Below are positions 42,570 to 43,583 of a stretch of 43,583 nucleotides of DNA, one piece after another. The stretch lies in the IMG/VR virus record IMGVR_UViG_3300045519_000021, positions 1 to 43,583 of that record; one strand, given 5' to 3'. Source of the stretch: a virus (taxonomy: Duplodnaviria > Caudoviricetes). A program made the translations under genes and the position numbers. The notes below the pieces were generated by a model that worked only from the letters and a program-made list of their open reading frames with translations, did no database searches and had not been told where the DNA came from. The stretch's first letter is position 1. Every line of letters begins with the position of its first letter.

Positions 42570-43403
42570 CTATGCGGCGCGGGGAAGCGCTTGGACGACG
42601 AGTCTTGCTCGCTGCGGGTCGGGGCCGACGTACGCGCGCGTGGTGGCGGGGGAGGCGTGGCCGAGCAGGTCTTGCACGATGAGGAGGTCCTTCGATTCGC
42701 GGTGTGAGAGCACGGCGAATCGGTGCCGGCCAGTGTGCAGAGTCCATTCACCGGGCAGCACGCGGGTCGCGAGTTTCCCGACGTACTTGGCCGACAGGTG
42801 GCCACTCACTCGGCCGGGGAAGAAGTAGCCGCTTCCGAGTTTGAGCAGCGCGGCCGCGAGGTCGGTGTTCAGCGGGATGACGCGGTCTTTGCCGCCTTTG
42901 CCGTGCGCGATGATCGAGTAGCCGTCGAGGTCGGGCAGCAGGTCACGTGAGTGGGCTTGCGCGATCTCGCCGCGGCGCATGCCGGCTTCGGCCGCGAGGC
43001 GCAGAATGAGTTCGGTTCGCTGGTCGGCGGCTTCCATGCCCTCGTGCAGGTACGGCGCGGGGATGGGGCGCGGCTTCGGCGCGCTCGCCTTCACGACCGG
43101 CAGGATCGCGGCGGTGTTCTGCTCGGTGCGGCCGGTCGCAACGCCCCACGCCCAGAAATGCCGGAAAGTCGTGCGCCGGCTCCGGCGAGTCTCCTGCAGC
43201 CAATCGCGCTCGGCGAACCACCCGAGCAGCTGCTCGGGCGTCACCGTCCACGGGCTGCCGCCGAGCCCGCGCGCCAGATTCGAGAGATGCTGACGCCGCG
43301 TGTACTGTGTGGTCGCTGGCGTGCCGGCAGCAGTCTGCTCGATGAAGTAGTCGGCGAGGGGAGTCTCCCACTCGTCCGGTACAGGTGTCGGTTTCAGGGC
43401 CAT
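42570..43403 (-). CDS. int: Tyrosine integrase, short (277 aa), C-terminal ...RAA
   Basis: GMRRGE, GKGGK, LHTGRH, LGHAS, TTRAY catalytic residues; next to att; ATG 43403 preferred over 43505. Confidence 0.93.
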   Translation of the reverse strand: MALKPTPVPDEWETPLADYFIEQTAAGTPATTQYTRRQHLSNLARGLGGSPWTVTPEQLLGWFAERDWLQETRRSRRTTFRHFWAWGVATGRTEQNTAAILPVVKASAPKPRPIPAPYLHEGMEAADQRTELILRLAAEAGMRRGEIAQAHSRDLLPDLDGYSIIAHGKGGKDRVIPLNTDLAAALLKLGSGYFFPGRVSGHLSAKYVGKLATRVLPGEWTLHTGRHRFAVLSHRESKDLLIVQDLLGHASPATTRAYVGPDPQRARLVVQALPRAA

Positions 43404-43546
43404 AACCAATATATTTAGATCGTGTTTAAATGACCACGCATGCACTCGGCGTATCGAATTCCGGCGCGAATTCTGCGGAGTTCCGCATTCTCGCGCGGAA
43501 GTCATCGATGCTAACGACGTCGGCGTGCTGGTCGTAGACCCCCGTA

Positions 43547-43583
43547 CAGAAGGTTGGGGGTTCGAGTCCCTCCAGGCGCGCAG
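43547..43583 (+). repeat. att core, integrase-side junction (duplicated tRNA 3' end)
   Basis: Identical to 2585-2621 up to the window end. Confidence 0.96.

Larger units (their letters stand above)
2585..43583. mobile_element. Temperate siphovirus prophage, apparently complete (excised circle 40,962 bp)
   Basis: 37-bp terminal direct repeat from the tRNA 3' half; integrase, repressor, replication, packaging, head, tail and lysis modules all present. Confidence 0.96.

Noticed and set aside
43404-43505. N-terminal extension of the integrase in the ORF track
   Set aside because: Not protein-like, AT-rich promoter-like DNA, and overlaps the viral repressor tail in another frame
43547-43583. Second tRNA gene
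   Set aside because: Only the 3' portion is present; it is the att duplication

Overview
High-GC actinobacterial DNA (family not determined). Bases 1-2618 are host genes: a lysE/lysG pair, an MFS transporter and tRNA-Arg(ACG). The rest is an apparently complete temperate siphovirus prophage of about 40.96 kb, integrated in the tRNA and bounded by a 37-bp direct repeat (2585-2621 and 43547-43583). Module order is repressor/Cro switch, early and replication genes, HNH/cos/terminase, head, tail, lysis, a second fibre module, leftward cargo and a tyrosine integrase. The most striking feature is at 36.7-41.4 kb. What looks like one tail fibre is split into a base gene, a coiled-coil stalk gene and ten translationally coupled small ORFs. 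Nine of these start with the same short Trp + basic leader, and they carry divergent fibre-tip-like domains of at least two folds. No invertase, reverse transcriptase or recombination repeats accompany them, which suggests swappable receptor-binding tips assembled at the protein level (inference). The prophage also shows integration-dependent immunity (att core inside the repressor gene), a start-less +1 extension of the portal, the usual -1 tail-chaperone frameshift preceded by an RBS-sequestering RNA structure, and a likely internal start in the endolysin. Family calls come from motif recognition by eye; no searches were run.
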